Position numbers and translations under genes: made by a program. Below, piece after piece: positions 62,361 to 64,000 of a stretch of 64,000 nt of DNA (position 1 is the first letter of the stretch; every line of letters begins with the position of its first letter). Source of the stretch: Hormiphora californensis (taxonomy: Eukaryota > Animalia > Ctenophora); the NCBI GenBank assembly GCA_020137815.1, contig CM035358.1, positions 2,480,001-2,544,000 on the forward strand, in the 5' to 3' direction. The notes under the pieces were generated by a model. The model ran no database searches, had not been told where the DNA came from, and saw only the letters and a program-made list of their open reading frames with translations.

Positions 62361-63773
62361 TGTGTGTGTGTGTGTGTGTGAGTGTGAGAGTCATGAATAA
62401 TATATTTTGAAGGGGTTTTGGAAATGATATTACAAAATGACTCATTTCTCGTCATCCTTTTTAATTGGGGCCCCTTTTGTTATAATATTACAGTCAGGTT
62501 TTTTGAAGTCGTTACCCCCCCCCCCTTTCTCGTGCGTTCGTTTTTTTTGTGCGTCTATCACAGGTTATCGTATGGTGTGTGTCAAAATGTGATAACTATA
62601 TCACATGTGCATGGGTTTGGGGTGACAAATCATAAAGACCACTGAACACTACTAAACACCACCCATCCCCCAGTTACTGAACCGAACACAACAAAAACGA
62701 CCTGGAACCAGTCAGTATGGTAAAGTTGCTGATTCTTATATCCGGGGTAGCCATGCCAACAAGTATGTTTCACTAAGGAACAAGGATGGTGCTGGAAATA
62801 GTGAACACACAGTCGCAGGTAAATAGGGATTGATCTAGAATTTGTACTTGTTATTTGTATTTGAAATTTTGAATATTCTAATCACTCTTTGGCCACTAGT
62901 TTTGACTTTTCTTATCCAAGCCACCTACTGTCTTTTCTCCTAATCCATCAGGACGAACACAGTGTATAACTCAAATCACACAACACATATATGCTGTGTG
63001 AGTGTTATACTTGGGACTCATATTTCATAAAGTGCTGGTTATCATCGTGCATACGACACTGACACATACATTACATACTTTTTCTCTATGACGATCTTAG
63101 TCGTAGTTTTATCATTCACATGTCTCTCTCTCTCTCTCTCTCTCTTTCACTGTCTCTCAATCTCTCTCTCTCTTACTATTGACAGAAATACACCCCTCAC
63201 AATCTTACCTTACAGTTACACACATTGTCTACTGCTACCCCACCTAGACTGTGTGTCTAAACATTGTTAGTTCACAAGCTCTCTCTCTAGAGGCAATATC
63301 ATTGCCAAGTATTATACATCATAAGACCACACATTGGTGCCGCAATTGGTAACAAGCAACGCTAGTAGCGCAACCAATGTCCCACGCACCAATCACATTG
63401 TCACAATATTTCACAGATCTCGGCGGGGGTTCTCTAACGCCGCGCGGCATCTTTACATGAAAAGTATACAGTTGTCACATTGCGCGCGCAGAGCAGCGCC
63501 AACGCGCACATGTGGAACACACGAGAGAGGGGTTACTGAGTTGGATATTTCTCCATCCCGCACCTCTTGACTCTTTCAGACCCACTCGAAAATTCTATCA
63601 TTATTTCAGGTCATTTCTCCTCACCGGAATTCAAGAAAGTTCGACCTTTGGCAAGTTACAACGGGAATTTTGGGTATAGACGAAACACACCGAGTTTGCG
63701 GACCTTCCCCTCATCTTTTGGAGCCCCTGTTAGATCTGCATACCATCCTAACGGGTCTGTCAGGTGCTGGTAA
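60921..63773 (+). CDS. SPMAP1: C17orf98/SPMAP1-like axonemal protein
   Basis: Four exons from 60921, ~61260, ~62674, ~63610: EKRFVLDCVAV, VPLYNPQLDKH, YNGNFGYRRNTPSLR. Confidence 0.8.
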
Positions 63774-64000
63774 TTGTTACACGATCTATCAGACAGATAT
63801 TGAGAAGTTGAGAACAGTATTAGTTATTGAAAACTGCACAGCGTGACTGTTTATACTACTGGTGTGAAATAGTGATTCAGATTTAGCATGATCTATGACT
63901 TGTTAATAGTATGTACATAATTCGTTTACATATTGCAAGATGGTTAGTTTTCCTCGCCCCACTGCACAACTATGCCGTATCGATCGATAATTTCACCCCT

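Overview
Gene-dense genomic DNA from an animal with compact spliceosomal introns. A ctenophore or another non-bilaterian is plausible but only inferred from gene content and style. Hand splicing gives about 14 protein genes: a divergent homeobox gene, a 7-exon globin with a C-terminal hydrophobic anchor, a neuronal calcium sensor, a cAMP-receptor-like GPCR, PBZ-TDP1, an MGLL-like hydrolase, a secreted Cys-repeat protein, CCDC151/ODAD3, a protist-type P-loop GTPase with an HSP20-like tail, a nested amidohydrolase-like gene, SORD, NOSIP, a BTB-like ORF and C17orf98/SPMAP1. The non-coding part is dominated by palindromic mobile DNA with readable target-site duplications (TSDs). The most striking is a 3.1-kb insertion of ten 321-bp units, each carrying a Pol III tRNA-like gene with a broken anticodon arm, arranged 5 reverse + 5 forward and flanked by a 12-bp TSD; smaller relatives elsewhere share its termini. 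There are also two families of GGTA-ended, 8-bp-TSD foldbacks built from a 6-bp palindrome repeated every 10-11 bp (one with a TTAGGG/CCCTAA core), Chapaev-, Harbinger- and Kolobok-like MITEs, ~70-bp micro-elements and a truncated CRE-like retrotransposon. Bases ~850-4900 look homopolymer-inflated, and several single-base frameshifts elsewhere may be consensus errors.
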